Shown: piece by piece, positions 61,011 to 64,000 of the stretch | Position numbering within the stretch: position 1 is the stretch's first letter | Layout: every line of letters starts with the position of its first letter | Origin: Heteronotia binoei | Taxonomy: Eukaryota | Reading direction: 5' to 3' | Length of the DNA: 64,000 nt | Assembly: GCF_032191835.1 (NCBI RefSeq) | Contig: NC_083237.1 | Span: 12,834,001-12,898,000, forward strand | Notes under the pieces: model-generated | Told to the model about the DNA's origin: nothing | The model's input: only the letters and a program-made list of their open reading frames with translations | The model's database searches: none | Translations under genes and position numbers: made by a program

Positions 61011-61172
61011 CTGCTACAGCTTCGGCGTCTGGGTTTCCAGCCCCCACCCAGCCGAGCAAGGCCATCAGCTGGCAGCCATTGCACACGCCCAGGCTGAAGG
61101 TGTCTTTGCGACGGTGGAAGGCCTGGAATTGAGCCCGTGCTCGGGGGTTGAAGGTCACAGACGCAGCCCAGC
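61011..61172 (-). CDS. PFAS: PFAS third-from-last coding exon (162 nt)
   Basis: (G)[43 protein letters not shown]..: catalytic Cys motif GVCNGCQ; tag acceptor and gtaaga donor. Confidence 0.95.
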
Positions 61173-61479
61173 CTAGAACCAAATATGGACGTTAAAAATG
61201 GTTAGCAGGTTGTGGTTTTTCATAAACACTTTTCTGTACCCACAGTTTCCGAAATTCTCAGGAGCGCCGCTGCCAGTCTGAGTAGACAATACTGACTTGG
61301 ATGGACTGAGGGTCTGATTCAGTATAAGGCAGCTTCATATGTTCAAACAACATTATTACATTATGTTCACAGTTAAACCCAGTTCACAGTTAAAACCAGA
61401 ATCCAGTTAAACGCTTAGAAGTCAAACTTACTCTGCAGCTTAATTAATCTACTACTCTTATAGTCTGATACCTGTCTAA

Positions 61480-64000
61480 GAAACTAACAGCAGGTGCAAG
61501 AAACGGCAGGTGCAAACAAATCGGGGGAGTGACACCGGTGGGTTTATCTTGGGTTCATCTTGGTTTGGTGCAGATGTTTGGCCAGGGGATCCCCAGGGGA
61601 TCCTGGGGAGGGGAAGATATGACGGTGGGAATAGACAAAAATATAAGGGAAGGAGACAGAGACGAAATGGTGCTCGGCCACCTTCCAGTCTACTTCCCAT
61701 CCCAATGGTAGCTGGTAGTGGGACCAAGAGGAAATGCTCGCCTCTGTCATTGGTGTTATGTAATGCCAGGTCCATAAATAATAAGACCGCAACCCTTAGG
61801 GAGTTTCTGCTACGGCAGAACATGGACCTGGCTTGCGTGACCGAGACCTGGGTGAGGGACGGGGAGACAGTAGCCCTCTCCCAGATGTCCCCCCCGGGAT
61901 ACTCGGTCTTTCACCAATCACGGATGAGCGGGCGGGGGGGAGGGGTAGCACTACTCATACGGGAGGATTACTCCTTTCGGGCTCTCCCGGATCCAAAGAT
62001 TGATGGGATTGAATGCACCGGTCTGGCATGGGATGTTGGAGAGGGGTTGGCGGTTTGGCTGGTGTACCGTCCGCCCAACGCACCAGCTAACGCCTTACCA
62101 TCACTATTGGAGGCAGTGGCGGGCTGGGCGTTGGAGTACCCGAGGCTTATGGTCCTGGGTGACTTCAACGTCCATGCCGACGACACGGCCTCCACTCAGG
62201 CGATGGACCTAGTGTCGTCCATGGCGACACTGGGACTCTCTCAATTTGTCACGACTCCCACGCATCAGGCCGGGCATACATTAGACCTGATCTTTGCAGC
62301 CGGGATTTTGGTGAACGATATCGCCGTAGAAGCGGTACCATGGTCGGATCACCTAGCCCTTAAGGCCCGTGTGGGGATGCCGCCCCAACCCTGTATGGGC
62401 GGAGAGCCTATTTTGGCTCGCCCTCGGGGCTTGATGGACCCGGAACGGTTCCAAACGGCCCTAAGGGATCCCTGGCCCACTGGCAATTCCCTCGATGACC
62501 TGGTGGAAATCTGGCAGGGCCAGCTGTCCAGGGCTATCGACGAAATTGCACCCCGGCGCCCTCTGCGCCCTCGCACGAAGCTGGCTCCATGGTATACCTT
62601 GGAGTTACGCCAGCTGAAACAAGGGCTCAGACGACTAGAGAGGCAGTGGAGGCATACTCGGGACGAAGCAACGAGAACATCCTATAGAACGTTTATGAAG
62701 TCTTATGAGGTGGCAGTCAAGGCTGCAAAGAAAGATTACTTTGCAACCAAGATTGCATCTGCAAATTCGCGCCCAGCACAATTATTTAGAATAATTGGGG
62801 ATCTTACAACGTTGCCACAAGGCAAACCAAATGTTAGAGAATTAGGAATAGGCTGTGAGGCATTTGCGAAATATTTTGCAGATAAAATCTCGCTGCTCCG
62901 CCAAGACCTGCCTACCACATTAGATACAGTGAGTGAAATTGAGGCTCCGTGCCTGTCTTCAGGTTTAGTGCTGGACCACTTCGACCCACTCAGCCTGGAG
63001 GAAGTCGACAGAATCCTCTCTGCTGCTCGCCCGACAACATGTGATCTGGACCCTTGCCCCTCCTGGCTGATTAAATCTTGCCAAGGGGAGCTTAGATGCC
63101 CTTTACGGGACATCATAAATAGATCCCTTTTAGAGGGGCATTTTCCAACACCTCTGAAAGAGGCTTTGGTCCGCCCTCTCCTGAAAAAAGCTACAGCAGA
63201 CCCGGCCGAATTGGCGAACTACCGGCCGGTGTCCAATTTACCGTTCTTAGGTAAAATTATTGAGAGGGCCGTGGCGTTGCAGCTACAGGGGTTTCTGGAT
63301 GACGCTTCTGTCTTAGACCCATGTCAGTCTGGTTTCCGGCCGGGCCATGGGACGGAGACGGTGCTGGTCGCCTTAGTGGATGACCTCCAACGGCAACTGG
63401 ATCGGGGCGGCGTTGCGGTACTGATGCTGTTAGATCTGTCGGCTGCATTTGATACAGTCGACCATCGGCTACTGACGCGCCGTCTCGCCGACATTGGGGT
63501 CGAGGGGTTGGCCTTGCAATGGCTTTCCTCCTTTCTCCTAGGTCGGGGACAGAGGGTGGCTATCGGGAGCGAGCGGTCCCGGAGGCGCACACTGGATTGT
63601 GGGGTGCCCCAGGGAGCAGTTCTCTCCCCGATGCTGTTTAACATCTATATGCGCCCCCTTGCCCAGATTGCCCGGCGGTTTGGGCTGGGTTGTCATCAAT
63701 ATGCAGATGACACCCAGCTCTATCTACTAATGGATGGCTGGCCCGACCCCGCTCCAGGGAATCTCGACCGGGCATTACAGGCTGTTGCGACATGGCTCAG
63801 GCTGAGTGGGCTGAAGTTGAACCCAGCGAAGACAGAGGTCCTATGCGTGGGTCGCGGCGCTCTGGGAAGGGAAATAGCTCTCCCGGCCTTCGATGGTGCG
63901 CCATTGAAAGCAGCGCGCCAGGTAAAGAGTCTGGGTGTTTTACTGGAGCCTTCATTATCGATGGAGGCCCAGATAGCAGCCACTGCCAAGTCAGCATTCT
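61480..64000 (+). mobile_element. L2-clade LINE with uninterrupted ORF2 (AP endonuclease plus reverse transcriptase), running off the window
   Basis: Frame 1 has no stop from 61480 to 64000 (ATG at 61705): CNARSINNK, VTETW, VYRPP, GDFNVH, TLDLIF, SDH, NYRPVSNLPFLGK, QSGFRPGHGTET, LLDLSAAFDTVDH, GVPQGAVLSPMLF, YADDTQ. Confidence 0.95.

Overview
Vertebrate genomic DNA, most likely a squamate and probably a gecko, judged from its repeats (Sauria SINE, Bov-B, lizard-type CR1/L2/Penelope). The first ~54 kb is a mixed histone/tRNA cluster. It holds seven replication-dependent histone genes (2x H2A, 2x H2B, 2x H3 and one divergent H1; no H4 visible), each with a 3' stem-loop and U7-binding element. 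These are interleaved with 20 tRNA loci: 17 canonical or near-canonical, 2 decayed copies, and one intron-less Leu-CAA built on a Leu-CAG body. The right end carries the last three exons and polyA site of PFAS (FGAM synthase) on the minus strand. An L2 LINE ORF2, open for ~840 codons and running off the window, lies antisense in a PFAS intron; it is missing from the supplied ORF track. Most notable observations: the histone/tRNA cluster abuts PFAS; tandem polymers of the CR1 3'-end hairpin occur at three sites; there is an orphan perfect histone stem-loop; the two inverted H2B genes are sequence-identical but have unrelated promoters; the two H3 promoters share a CHR/E2F-like 16-mer; and a SINE tail runs into the PFAS terminal splice acceptor. 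N-runs inside histone genes preserve exact length and frame, so they look like masking rather than true gaps. Repeat boundaries are read by eye and approximate; family names come from recalled motifs, not a database search.
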